A stretch of 64,000 bases of DNA, from positions 22,275,365-22,339,364 of the forward strand of contig NC_092678.1 of NCBI RefSeq assembly GCF_964355755.1, given 5' to 3'. The notes beneath the pieces were generated by a model. It saw only the letters and a program-made list of their open reading frames with translations, was not told the DNA's origin and searched no databases. The position numbers and the translations under genes were made by a program. Each line of letters opens with the position of its first letter. Positions within the stretch are counted from its first letter, which is position 1. This document shows positions 1 to 13,400 of the stretch, in pieces. This stretch comes from Antedon mediterranea. Its lineage: Eukaryota > Animalia > Echinodermata.

Positions 1-104
1 ATTTGTACGAATGACTAAAAACGGACCGTAATAATAACAGATTTTAGCAAGTCGACTTAAAGGAAAATATGATTCTATTTAATTCGCCCTGTTTCAACGT
101 ACAC

Positions 105-114
105 GTCACGTGAC
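105..114. promoter_or_regulatory. Perfect palindromic GTCACGTGAC (CLEAR/USF-type E-box)
   Basis: Exact 10-bp palindrome in a relatively CpG-rich patch at the window edge. It may belong to the promoter of a gene outside the window; function is inferred. Confidence 0.3.
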
Positions 115-384
115 CGTAGTGTGATTTACGATATTTATTTGATTAGTAAAGATTTTGAGATTTGTTCGGGATTACTCGGGCTTTCCTTGATTTACAACTT
201 CGGGATAATACTCTGAGTTCTGCTTTTAATAACCGTATAAACTTCTTTGGTTAAGCATCAACTGTTCAGCTATTTTATGTCAGAGAGAATAAACCGTTAA
301 TACGAATTTCTCTGTATTTAAAGTGGCCCTATAAAATGCATGAATAGTATTTCTTTTTTAGTTTAGTACATAGAAAACTATATG

Positions 385-875
385 CAGTGAACCTCCCCTT
401 TCGTACACTCCTATTCAGAGGGCAATCCTATTAAGAGGACACTCCTATTTAGGGGACACTCCTATTTAGGGGACACTCCTATTCAGAGGGCAATCCTATT
501 AAGGGGACACTCCTATTTAGGGGACACTCCTATTTAGGGGACACTCCTATTCAGAGGGCAATCCTATTAAGGGGACACTCCTATTTAGGGGACACTCCTA
601 TTCAGAGGGCAATCCTATTAAGGGGACACTCCTATTTAGGGGACACTCCTATTCAGAGGGCAATCCTATTAAGGGGACACTCCTATTTAGGGGACACTCC
701 TATTTAGGGGACACTCCTATTCAGAGGGCAATCCTATTAAGGGGACACTCCTATTTAGGGGACACTCCTATTCAATGGACACTAGCCTACTCCTATTAAG
801 TGATTTCCTTGCAAACGAACAGGGAAAATTCTTTTAACACTATGTTCCCAAACGTACGTGTCCTCAAAGAGGTTC
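385..875. repeat. MITE-like element (CAGTGAACCTC...GAGGTT ends) with an internal 18-19 bp minisatellite expansion
   Basis: Array of GGGGACACTCCTATTTA and CAGAGGGCAATCCTATTAA units at ~405-790. Shorter relatives with the same GGACAC..CCTATT core are at ~6196-6307, 21580-21810, 31455-31624, 53770-53995 and 62690-63020, several ending in CACTGTA (Tc1/mariner-like). Confidence 0.75.
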
Positions 876-1149
876 TTTAAAAACAACATTTTTCCTAATT
901 ATAATCTATTGATTTTGTTTTGTTCTTATTAAATATTTTGGGCCTAGTTTTATAATTTGAAACATCAGGCGAGATGTTCGGCAAAGATCTCCGCCTTGGA
1001 TACCTACCTCATCTATCTCAGATGTACCCTTGAATTCACTCGAGGAATACACGCGAGAATCTCTTATGTTTAAGAGTACCGTTTAATACTGTATATGAAT
1101 AAGTAAGAGGAACGATAATACACGCCTCATAATATTAAATCACCATAAA

Positions 1150-1335
1150 GGCCAATATACACAGACGAGCGGTAACGGTAAGCTGAAAACCGCGCGGCTT
1201 GTCCCACGTAGAATCCGTATCTATCCTGAGCAGAAACCGCTCGTCTGCTCTCCGCGTTTTTTGTAATGGTCATAAGAAATAGCATGATTCTATATTTTTA
1301 TTACCGTTTATCGCTCGTCTGTGTAAATTGTGGCA
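1150..1335. mobile_element. PIF/Harbinger-like MITE
   Basis: Imperfect terminal inverted repeats GGCCAATATACACAGACGAGCGGTAACGGTAA ... TTACCGTTTATCGCTCGTCTGTGTAAATTGTGGC. Confidence 0.55.
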
Positions 1336-2614
1336 TTAAAAATGGAGGTTATTTTACTAAAGAATAGCCTTGGTCACAGGTGTTGCAGCATTTGATTTTA
1401 AATATAGCTTTAATATTCGTTTGGAGGATTATTCTTCCATGGTTATATCAGTTATATCATGAAGGTAAAAATAATTTTCATTTAGTAGTTTTCCCAACAA
1501 CAAAGGAGCATTGAGTATATTGTGCCCCAGTTCTAAAAGGAGACCCGCTGTGTAACGATTGATATTGTATTTCACATTTTATGTGTTTATTGTGATTTTA
1601 TGAACTAAATATTACAAAGATATGACATAGATATTTTATGTGGTCTGATTATCTAGTTTCAGCAGGTTTTATGTGATGTTGGTCTATCAATCTGTAGCTA
1701 CATTGATTTACACTAATAATGTGTAGTGTTGATATTGTTACACTTTACGAGACGTTATCAGTCAGTAATAATGCGGTAGTGATTGATCTTATGACTATAG
1801 AGGGCGATGTTAATGTTTATTATCGCAATAAAGTCGTGGCATTTTGGGAAACCTTATCACAGATTTTCTAAACTTTTACCAAATATAGAATTTAATAAAA
1901 CATTTATAACTCCTCGATTAAAAGATTTTATTATAAACAGAAACCCAGATGAAAGTTTTATTTTACATGTGTCAAAATGGAACAGCAGTTGAGTGCATAG
2001 CCATTAAACCTTAGTCTTAATCGGTTCAACTCCTCCGTTGTGATATCATATTGATTAAGAATCGTGACCAACGTGCAGGAATTTCATCAATGCGTACTGA
2101 AGAATTTAGCCCCAGAACCACTCTCTAAAAAGACAAAATATCTAGGCCTAGACCACGGCCAGTATGTCCCCCAAATTTGTTTACGGGTCTTTTCCTTTAA
2201 TTGTTGCCAAGAAGTAATTGGATGTGAGCTGAAAAACATAAAAATTGTAATTAATTTCTGAAGTTCTAAGAAGATATAAAATACACGAACTAGCTATAAT
2301 CGAATTAGGACGAAATGATGATGATGATGGAACGGCCTACATTATCTCATATATGCGTCATGGCTTCTGTTTTAAATTACATAAACTCTAGGGATTTCAT
2401 CTTACGCCGCCTAGCTAATTTCCATTATATTAAACATTATTTAACTTTACAGGGTGAATTGATAATAATTATTACTATTATTATAACCCTAGTAACAATT
2501 TGATTGTCAATGTTATTTATGATATTTGAATGTTATACTTGATATGATCATGATTTGTGAGAGACAGCTCATAATTAGATCTACCCATTTTTTCGACTTC
2601 GATTGATTAGTCGA

Positions 2615-3210
2615 TAGACTCCGTACTTATTTAATTGCGATGCTCATTCGACTGATGTATTTATTCGACTTCAATGGTGTTATTCGACTCCGTACTTATT
2701 TAAATGTGATGCTTATTCGACTGATGTATTTATTTGACTTCAATGGTGCTTATTCGACTCCGTATTTATTTAAATGTGATGCTTATTCGATCGACTGTGT
2801 GTTTATTCGACCTCACTGGTGCTTATTCGACTCCGTACTTATTTAAGATGCTTATTCGACCTCACTGGTGCTTATATTCGACTCCGTACTTATTTAACTG
2901 TGATGCTTATTCGATCGACTGTGTGTTTATTCGACCTCACTGGTGCTTATTCGACTCCGTACTTATTTAAGATGCTTATTCGACCTCACTGGTGCTTATT
3001 CGACTCCGTACTTATTTAAGATGCTTATTCGACCTCACTGGTGCTTATTCGACTCCGTACTTATTTAAGATGCTTATTCGACCTCACTGGTGCTTATTCG
3101 ACTCCGTACTTATTTAAGATGCTTATTCGACCTCACTGGTGCTTATATTCGACTCCGTACTTATTTAACTGTGATGCTTATTCGATCGACTGTGTGTTTA
3201 TTCGACTTCA
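2615..3210. repeat. Compound minisatellite built on a TATTCGAC subunit (~39-bp higher-order unit)
   Basis: Repeated CTTATTCGACTCCGTACTTATTTAAGATG and CTTATTCGACCTCACTGGTG blocks, degrading toward ~3370. The short ORFs here are repeat artefacts. Confidence 0.9.
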
Positions 3211-4428
3211 GTGTAGTGGGCCTTATTCAATGTGTACGGCAACTGTGTTGTAATATTCGACTGATGTTGGGTGATACTTATATTGCGGTACCTATTCAAA
3301 ATGTGACGCTGTTGTAACTCGAATGCGGTTGTTACATCTAACTGCGACAGAGGTGTTAGTCTTATTCGACGGACGGAGGTGCTTATATTTTACTGCGATT
3401 GGTTACCTTATCTTAAACGAGGAAAGGGTAGTAAATATAATCACAAGTTTAAAAAAAAAAAATTTAATTTTAACATTAAAATGTGAGCTGAGAGAAAGAG
3501 AGAAATCTGTGCTGGTGGCACACCTCGACAGCAATCAGACTTCAAGTTTCTTCGTAGTTTATCATTGCTTTTATTTGTATACATTCCTTTATGTGTAGGT
3601 TGTTCTCAATTATGTTTGCAACCTAATTAAAATATTACTGTTTTTTTTTATTATTAATAATATTTGACATTTGAAGTGAAAGGTATTTTTATTCAGATGC
3701 AACCGTCATTTCTAATATTCCATGCACTTTATAAAGTGTACGGTAATTTACAAATCGAATGTTATAGGTAGAAATAACATTTTCAAAATACTTCGAAGAT
3801 TTTTACAAAATGAAAAAAAAAATCTAAATAAATAAACCATGGCAAAGTGCAGTTATAAAGTATTCTGTAAGTATTAATAAAAAGTAAACATTTTAATTAG
3901 TTTCAAAATAAAATGGCAACAACATGATACAGTTACAAAATATGACGTCATACGTAGGCATTATGATGATGACGTCATTTTGGGCTCTCATTACGAGTCT
4001 TCAGAGACAAATTATCTGTCAAACAATATCGAAGATTTAACATTGGAATAAATGAGTTAAAGATCCAGCAAAATTCCTTCACGTTCGCGTTTTTCTAACA
4101 CCCACCACCACCTCAGGTAGGATCGAGGGAAAATAAAATGCCTGTGAATTAATATTATGTTTGATGTATTTTGTTATACGTTTCATTCATTTGTTTAATC
4201 ATCATGCTTACTATAACAGCCATGCTTAGGGAAAATGAATTCAGTTTGCTTAGAATTATCATTGTGTTTTTCTTTTAATTATAATTTTTTTCTATGCAAA
4301 TTAGATATTATTATCTCTGATGTTTAAAAAAAACATAAGTACCCCCTCTATAAATAAAAAATATGTTCCTTAGCCTTCTGATTCAGTCGTTATGTGGTAG
4401 TTGCGAATAGAGAAGTAAACATTGCAAG

Positions 4429-7400
4429 ATGGCGGTAAACTTGCCGTCAGAATTTAGAAAGTTTGCCAAGTTAACAGAACAATTACATCAAATTTTATGT
4501 AATTCAAAACTTTCTTTAGCTGAACTTCAAAGCAGTGATCATTTTACTGAAGGTATGTTTTAAACCGTTATTATTTTCTTGTCGTTCTAGGCAGAAGACA
4601 GTGAATGTTGTCATCACGCACTCAACAAGAACTGACCCTGATGTTTGAGTCATCACATAGTGCGCTTGAACTTTGTGGGCTGGCCTAGGAAACAATGAAT
4701 CCTTCAATAAATTCATGTTTACATTAATGTAAACATTAATCTAGCCCAGTTATATACTAATTTATATGGTAACTTTTTAGGACATTGTGCCTCCGTTTCC
4801 CTGTTTTGTTTGTTAGAGATCAGTCAGTGATGAGTGAGGCTAAATAAAAATGTAATGTTTTTTTTAAATGCCATTAAATCATTCATAGAGGTATAAATAA
4901 ATTTATAAATAGATTTTATACCTCCATGATTTAATCCTAGCTGGTTTAGACCATTATTTGATCATATTGATAATAATAATAATAACAATGATGTAATTCA
5001 TCGATATCGGTAATAATAATTCACAATCACGTATATATAGACTAGACCTAGGCCTACTGCTGCATAAATAATCAATAAGGATTGTATATCATCATTTTCT
5101 ATTTTTAGCCTAATTATTTTTCCTTAATATCATTAACTTGGTCCTTGTATTTTTAGAGATGATTTTTAGAGGATCAAACAAATCACTGAATTATTTAATG
5201 AACAGAAATCTATATAATATTTGTTACTATGTGAAAAAAACATTAAAATATTTACTAAAATATAAAAACTGAAATATCACAATAATTTACAGTTTTAGAT
5301 TCTTAGAACTGGACAAACATTCATTGTTTTGTAACAGTATGATGATAAAAAAAACACTACAGTACCAATACCAAAAGTATTGTCCAATCATAATTAAACC
5401 GAAAGTATCTTGCAATCGAATCAAATGTCTTATATTATCTGTGACTTTCATAACTAAGTATAGGTAGAATAACCTTGTATTGTATTGTAATATAAATAGG
5501 GAAATGTGACTATTATAATTGTTTACCTTATTTTTATCCCTAATAATAGCATTTTGATATTAATTATTATGTCTTCATTATATCTTGAGTACTATTTCTA
5601 TGCAGTAGTATTTAACATTTGTTTCTTTAATAAAAAATAGGTTGATACTCAAATAATAGCACATTATACAACTTATTTTCCTTTTTTCTAAATTAAAAAT
5701 AGTATTAAAATTGTAGCAGATAATATTCAGGTGTCAGAGGTTAACCCATTTTTTACCAATTTAAATTTCTTAGGTATATTTATTTTATAATAACTTTATT
5801 GCTATTAAAACTTACTGATGTTATTGTTAATCTCATCTAAACTACAAAAATAGGAGTTTACATGAAACACACAAATCTGACTTAAAATACACAGCAGGCC
5901 ATCCAGTAAATGTGCCTGTATTGATCATTTTCTTAATTTATGGAGAAAGTCAACTGCATTATCATTTCTATATTGTATGAATTGACCTGATATGACCTTT
6001 CCCTTGAACGATGCCTATTGTGTGTACACTCTAATCTTGCCATTCTTTTATTTTATTAATAAATAATACTGCAATGGACCTTCAATTCATTGTGCTTACT
6101 CCCAATTAAAATACAATTGTATATTCTGTTAAATTATGTAAATATTAAGATTATTATGCAGAATTTAAAATATAATTATTAATAAGTAGAGTTGTTACAG
6201 TAGGACACCCCTATAAGTGGACATTTCCAAGAAAGGCGTGATTATGTTATGTATGGCCAACCTCTATTTAAGGGACGCTTTGTTGGGTCCTGAAAGTGTC
6301 CACTGTAAATAGTATAATTTGATTACCATATTTTTACATTGATCTTGCTATATTTACAGATCAGTTGTCGGCGCTTCGTTTGTCTACGGAAGATGAACAA
6401 GCCGTCCATGACATAATTGATAAACATCCATGTATTGTCGTCTTCGGTCAGACATGTGCCACAAAGGCCGCAATTGTAAACACTCTATTCGAAAAGAAAA
6501 TTCTACCATTAGTCGAAGAACAACCCGACTACAGTTGGCGTATGATACGTTTTAAGTACGGTAAACAAACGTCTCTAAGTCTGACGCTACCGAACAGTTT
6601 CGAAGTGTTGAATGAAAACGAAGCGTTTGACACAGAGTGGACAGTTATACCGAAAGAAGAGGTCGAACTAAAGGGGGCGCTTCGGCATGACCCGTACGTG
6701 GCAAGTGCAATAGTTGATATAACGTTGAACAGTTCTCTTCTGATTGGAGGAAATCAAGTGATCGTCGCACCACACTTGGTACCTAATCTGGACATAACAC
6801 AAGTTTATGATAAATGCCAAGAGGGAATTTTACCGATTGTTTTTTATGGAATAAATGATGAACTATTACCGCATGCAGATCTAAGTGACCTCCTTGACCT
6901 CCGAGCTTGCCTGCTAGATATTCCTGTATTGTTTATTAAAACTAAGAAACACAACGTCACAACAAACGGAGTAGTAAATATAAATCCCGGCGTCACAAAC
7001 TCTAACCATTATCTTGGATCGCAATCGGCTCCCACTACGCCTGTAGACACTTCTCCTCGTCCTACGAATCGAACCGGAAGAGTCCGATCACCTTTTTTTA
7101 AACCGAAAGAAAAAAAATCGCAAACAACTCCTCGCATTTACACAACGTCTCAAAATGGACTCGGCCTTTCACAACAACTTCATAACATTGGTTTCTTACG
7201 AACGACTTCCACGCTCCAAAGTCGGCTCCGGACTAATATTAATAATTCCGCAACCAGTAGATTACTGGATGATTTGAAAAACACTGGTGGTATAATTATG
7301 TTTGTGAAAAATACGCTTCAGTTGTATCTTATAAAATCTACGACGGCTATGCAGAACATGCATATGCAGTCAATGAACATGTTTATTACGACGGCGTTTG

Positions 7401-10400
7401 ATATGGCGCGGGAAATTCAAATCACGCCAAAGCGGATTGATTACGCACGCCAACAAGAGGAAGAGTTGTATAAAAAATTGTTAGAGATTGCGAGCCAGAA
7501 ACAAGAAGAAATTAAACATTTAATATCGGAGACAATTTCAAAAATGAAGGAAAGTTTGTTAGTTGAGGCCGAGTGTTACCAATTTGTAGGTAAGATCTGT
7601 TTTCCTTTCCCCCCTTTGGTTTAAATTACCATCTACAGTATCTACCAAAGCTACCAGTAGCTAATTCCTAATATTTTTTATTAATTATTAATTATTATGA
7701 TAATATTATGTTACTATCACTATGGGTGTGTATAAAATGCTCTCATTACTCTATCATTATAAATACTACTAACTAACTACTCGTAACATTTTTTCTCAAC
7801 TTTCTATCATCTAAAAGTCGTAGTTAGTCATGCCTCGGGTCACATTCTATGGTCACCGTACAGGTAGGCTACTACATTACTACTTCTATGAATGGATGAC
7901 TAGCCGGTGACAATAACGCTAGTTGGTCATAGTCATACCCAGTACCGTTTTGATTTTACGATCATTCGGGAAACCACCTCAAGACATTATATGACAAACT
8001 TATATAATATTATGGTATAACAATGTATTGATACAGGTACAAAGTACATTAAAATATTGCAACACATGTACTTTCTATGAACCGTATGTAAACAAGGGGT
8101 ACAGTAGATACAGCATTCCTAGAAAAATGTTCTACAGTATTAAGCCTCTGATAGCAAACGTTTTATTACTTATCATAAAAGAATCAGTAATTTTCAAACC
8201 AAATGCAATTGTACAGTAAAGGTAGGGACCTTGTCACAATTATGCTGCTACTACTACTGCAGTTACTGCAGTAACTCCACTTACTGTAATAAGATCTTAG
8301 TTAATTTTAAGGTGGTCACTGACTACAAAATGTACTGCAGTAATTTCAGTATAATATTTTTATATATTTAGTCCCAATAGGCTTGTACTATATCTTGATT
8401 TATATTAAAAATGTTTAATCTTTAAGAATATCTTTCTCTTGGCAAATATTTACAGTACAGTAGCTGTGCTACAAAGAACAATATACATTAGGAAATCACA
8501 ATTTGTAAACATCCTAAGCTTTGGTTTGAATACACTGAAATCAGATCAAGGTTATTATAATACAGTAGCTGTTGCAGGTTCTTGTTTAACTACATGAGGA
8601 ATTACTGTAGTTGTAGGAGTAGTGAGGCTAGATTTTAGAATTTTGATAGAAACTGGACCCCTGTTATTGGGCTACCCCAATTTTTTATTTATTTTTCAAA
8701 AATTTCATACAAATCCAACAGCGAGTAATTCACCAATTACAGGATGGATAAACTGTATTTAATAATTTATCTTGCTTATAAACTAAGTCTCAATTGAGGC
8801 TTAGGGAGTGAAGTTGAAAGAGTTGTCAGTTACAACCCTGGCACTAGGTCAGGATTGAACCCTGGACCTTGGGACTGGAAGGCAAGCATGTTAACCACTA
8901 CGAAGGGTGTATTATACAGTGTTATGACTGATTTGTCATTTCTTACTAGTAGTAGACTATGATTATCAGTAGGCTGTCTACTGTGTGTGTAGTCTTTATT
9001 CCTTATGGGTTTACTACACTTCCTGTGTCTTACTCAACTTGACTCACCACACTCACATACTCAACTTAAGTAACAGAAAAGTTGAGTTTTATAACCTTTG
9101 AGCTATTGTTGTTGTAACCAACTGAAAATATACCAATTTAAATTTTTTTTATTGTGTTAGTGCAGACATTTCGTTTCAGTAATGTGAGTTAATTTAACAA
9201 CTGCTTGGTTTCAGTATTATAGTTTAGTTTGTGCAAAGCTCTGTCTACACTATCAAACTTGTGACAACAAAAATGTGATGTTTGAACATGATGATGTAAT
9301 ATAATACAATAATAATAATATTATTTTCAATACTACAATAGTAATCCAATAGTAGGAATGCAATACATTTATATTATTTTTGTATTGTTAATAAGAAAGA
9401 TTTACGATTCTTGATATTATTTTACTTTAGTATTATATATTTTATAGTTTTTTTTATTGCATTATTAGCTGTTGTACTGTACTTGTTTTTTCTTGCTTAC
9501 TTAACAGATGTATGTCATGATGGTTGTAGCCCATATTCTCCAAACAATATCAATATTTAAAATTTATTTTTAAAGGCATACAAATTCCGAAGAAAGGCGA
9601 GGTGCGAAATCCTAAAGAAATTAAGCGTTGTCAACAGCAGATCCAGGAGTTGGTGTTGAATCGCGTCAATGCCGCGGTCGTTGAGAAACTCATTGGTTCC
9701 GTTGACTACTTACGTGAAAGCTTCGTAGGAACGCTCACCAGATGTCTGGAGAACCTAGAGCAAGCTGATAGCGAACGCGAGTCATCTGCAAGTATGGCGT
9801 TAAGACAGGTTTGTGTGTTTGTGTTTTTTTTACGAAAGACTATCCCCATTCCTTGTCAAATTTTGTTTTTTCTCGTTTAGTCAATGGGCCTTGTTTGGTT
9901 CCTTGTTGTATTTTGGCACCCCAAATATTTAATAAGTGAATGTTTTTTGAGGTTTTTTATTTATGTATGTTTTATTAATTCATTGTACGATAGCTAATTT
10001 TAATAGGATTGTTTCTATTTTTATAGCAATTTTAACTAATTTTTATATATTTGTAATGCAATTCATTTCAGTCCTTGACTGTCGTTTTGTAATATATTTT
10101 TAATACTGTATACCCAATAAATAAAAAAAATAAAAATAAATATAATAATATACCCCTTAAATTTTGATCGTTGGTGACACTCCCTCCTGACGTTATATAC
10201 ATAGTATTGAAGACAAGACTACTGTTTAAATAGTTATAGTAGGCCTTCTGTACAGTAGGTAGACAAACTAGTAAATATTTGTTAAGCATCAAAAACCACT
10301 CTTCGGGATTATTAACATTAAGCATACAAGGTTGGGGCTAGCAAGAAACATAACAAAAGAAAAACCCAGATCCCACTGAAGGTCTCAAGGTTCACTATAA

Positions 10401-13400
10401 TAAATGATATTGTTATAGATTACGCTATACATACAGTACACTACGTAGCTGGTGTAGGTACTGTATGGTAGCCTTACATCAAAATTAATAACAACTTATA
10501 AGAAATTAAACAAAAACATGCAAATAACTTTCCCATCTGTTCTATCATTTATTTGCATGTTTTTAGAATTACTATACTACTATTGTACAAGATTTAATAG
10601 TTTTCCATAATATATAAATACCAAATTCTATTTTAAGTATAAAATGCTGTTTAGATGGCAACTTTATAATTATATTATCCTAGATTCCAAATTAAAAACG
10701 AAAGAAGTTGCTTACTGTATTTGATTTCAATATTGCCTTATATTAAGAAAGAGAAAATTATTATGATATGAATAATGATAATCTATTGTCATAATATAAA
10801 TAATAATAACAATGATATAAAGGCGTTGTATTGCTTACCACAGGAAACCTAATCACTTCCTAGTATGACCCTACTTAAACGGTATTAAAGATGGCTGCCT
10901 TATTTACTATTGTTATCAAACCTGTCGCGTATTTCTTATTGTTTGATTTGAAATACTTAAATTCATTTTTTAGTTGTTTTCTCAAACTGTAAACGTAAAT
11001 TGTACTTTGACTCTGTATATTTGAGAGAAATCGTGGCAATAGGACTCGAACCCATGACCTCCAGATTACAATGCAATATTTTGAAGTACAAAGTTTTGAT
11101 CAGCACAACAGTAAATAATGATTCTTCCCATTCAGAAATCTCTGGTAGCATTTTGTGGTTTAGCAAAAGGAAATCTTGTAAAATAGAATATTCATTGAAA
11201 GCAGGAAATTGGGTAGACTTGGGATTACACTTACAATGTTGGTAACACAAATAAACAGTGGGGTTAAATTCTAATGAAACTTTTCACACTCATCATGCTG
11301 TGGTCTTAGGGAGGTGGGATGTTTATTAAAATTTAAAATAGAACAAAACAAGACATGTGTACTATCCCCGAAACCTCGACTGAGAAATACCGGAATGGTG
11401 TCCGGCAGGGGATAGTTTATTACCATTAGTTAAGGTCCTATGTAAAGCACCTAGAGGGGTCAGTGATCCATTAGGCGCTATATAAATACTGTTTATTATT
11501 ATTATTATTACTAACTCCAAATAATTTAAGATTTTTTTAAATGGTCTGAAAAACAATAACATTGAATTCTCAACGTGTGTTCTGTATCTTTGATTTGATT
11601 ATTTAACCTTGTTTTATTTCTTCCGGAAAGTAGATCAATTTCTGCCTACTGAAAAACTTGTGATTTGATCAATTGGAGGCTAAGGACACCAACATCTATT
11701 TGTGGGAATTCATGCCAGAATTTAAGTTTTAAATATGTGTCGTTTAACATGTAATGTAATTTGTTTCGGTAGATTCTAAATGCTGCTTATCAAGTAGAAG
11801 TGACCGCCAGGACAAGTTCCTCGTTCATAAGGGTCATCTGGGAACGAATGAAAGAGGTACTTGACAAGTTTACTAACAAAGTCTAAATTCAGTTTCACAT
11901 CCATTTCTACACATTCCTGCAGTAAATTTTTGTTTATACTTTACATTTTAGATTGTTAAAACGATGCCATGGAAAAACCCACCAAAGGTTGACGCAGATT
12001 GGCGAAAGAAGGTTGCCTTGGAGATGATAAGCAGCCTTAGCGAATCAAAACTCGCCAAAAGCATGACATCACAAGTAAGTTAATTTTAAAATAAACTGTT
12101 TGTAATTTTAAAATGATTTGAAATCAAAATATTGCATGATGTTTATTATTCACAAGACATTGACCTCATAGAGGGCGGTATACCATTTAAACTTGATGTC
12201 ATTTTTGCACTCTAGTTTAGAAGTCGTTTACAACATTCGCACGATGCGTTCTCTGCATCTCTGAAGCAGCTGGAATTAAGACATTCTGGACGACTGGAGA
12301 AAAAAGAGGAACAGCGGATGAAAGTACGCAAAGTACACGCCCCCAAACTTGCCCGACTTGCCCTGGACAGTACATCATTGCGTGACACTGTGCTATTCGG
12401 TAAATAAATTTATTTCTACTGTATAGATAATGGTGGTTTCGTTTTTAATGTTTTCTGTAAAACAAACATATACTCTCTCTGCGTATGTTGGGCCAACTCA
12501 TATTCAATATACCTATCTTAGTTGCTTATGCTTCCTTTTAAAGATGTATTGTCCCCCTGAAAAATAATTTTTTAACATTTTTTTTTTTTTAATATGCCAT
12601 TTTAATGTCACATAATAGTTATTGACTTCGACCAAAAATTGGATCGAAACAAAAATTATTTACCTGAAAAAACTGTAATTTAAAGCAAAACATGGTCAAA
12701 TTGGCTGCCAGCAAATGGATTTTTGGTTGAATTTAACCATTTATTTATTATTTTTTCCCGTTTTTTTTTCTGCGGAAGTGATTTACTTTATTAAAACTAC
12801 AAAATAACCTATTCAAAGTCTGATTTAATTAATCTACATTTTTTCATGTTTTTGGGGGACAATATATCTTTAATATTATTGCTTTCACTGTATTTCAAAA
12901 CCAACAAATGTAATTTGGAATCTTTATGATGTGAAAAATATTGATAATTATGCATAATTTATGAGTTTGTTTAATTATTCAATTATTACATTGTACAGAT
13001 GTTTCATAGATTTTCCTTGTAGATAGAACTATATATTAATATTGTATTCATGAGATTCCTTTTAATTAATTTTACCGCATTGTTGGCAGGTGTCCCACAA
13101 CTCGGTCGTGAAATTGGACGGGGTCAGTACGGGGTGGTGTATTCGTGTGAATCGTGGGGTGGCTACTCGCCGTGTGCTGTCAAGTCCGTTGTACCTCCTG
13201 ACGACAAGCATTGGAATGATCTGGCTCTGGAGTTTCATTATACAAGGTAGCCTATTGGTTGTATTTTGCAGGATAAATCTATTGTTTGAAGGTTTGCATG
13301 GTGAAATCAATATGTTGATATAAAGTTTGTGGTACACCACGTATACTGAAAAGAACTGTTGAGTTCCTCTCTAGATCTAGTTGTGTTTCTCTCTAGATGT

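Noticed and set aside
8840-8903. tRNA gene candidates (also 41380-41457 and 62372-62447)
   Set aside because: A and B boxes are present, but the stems are broken and there is no clean terminator. Better explained as SINE heads.
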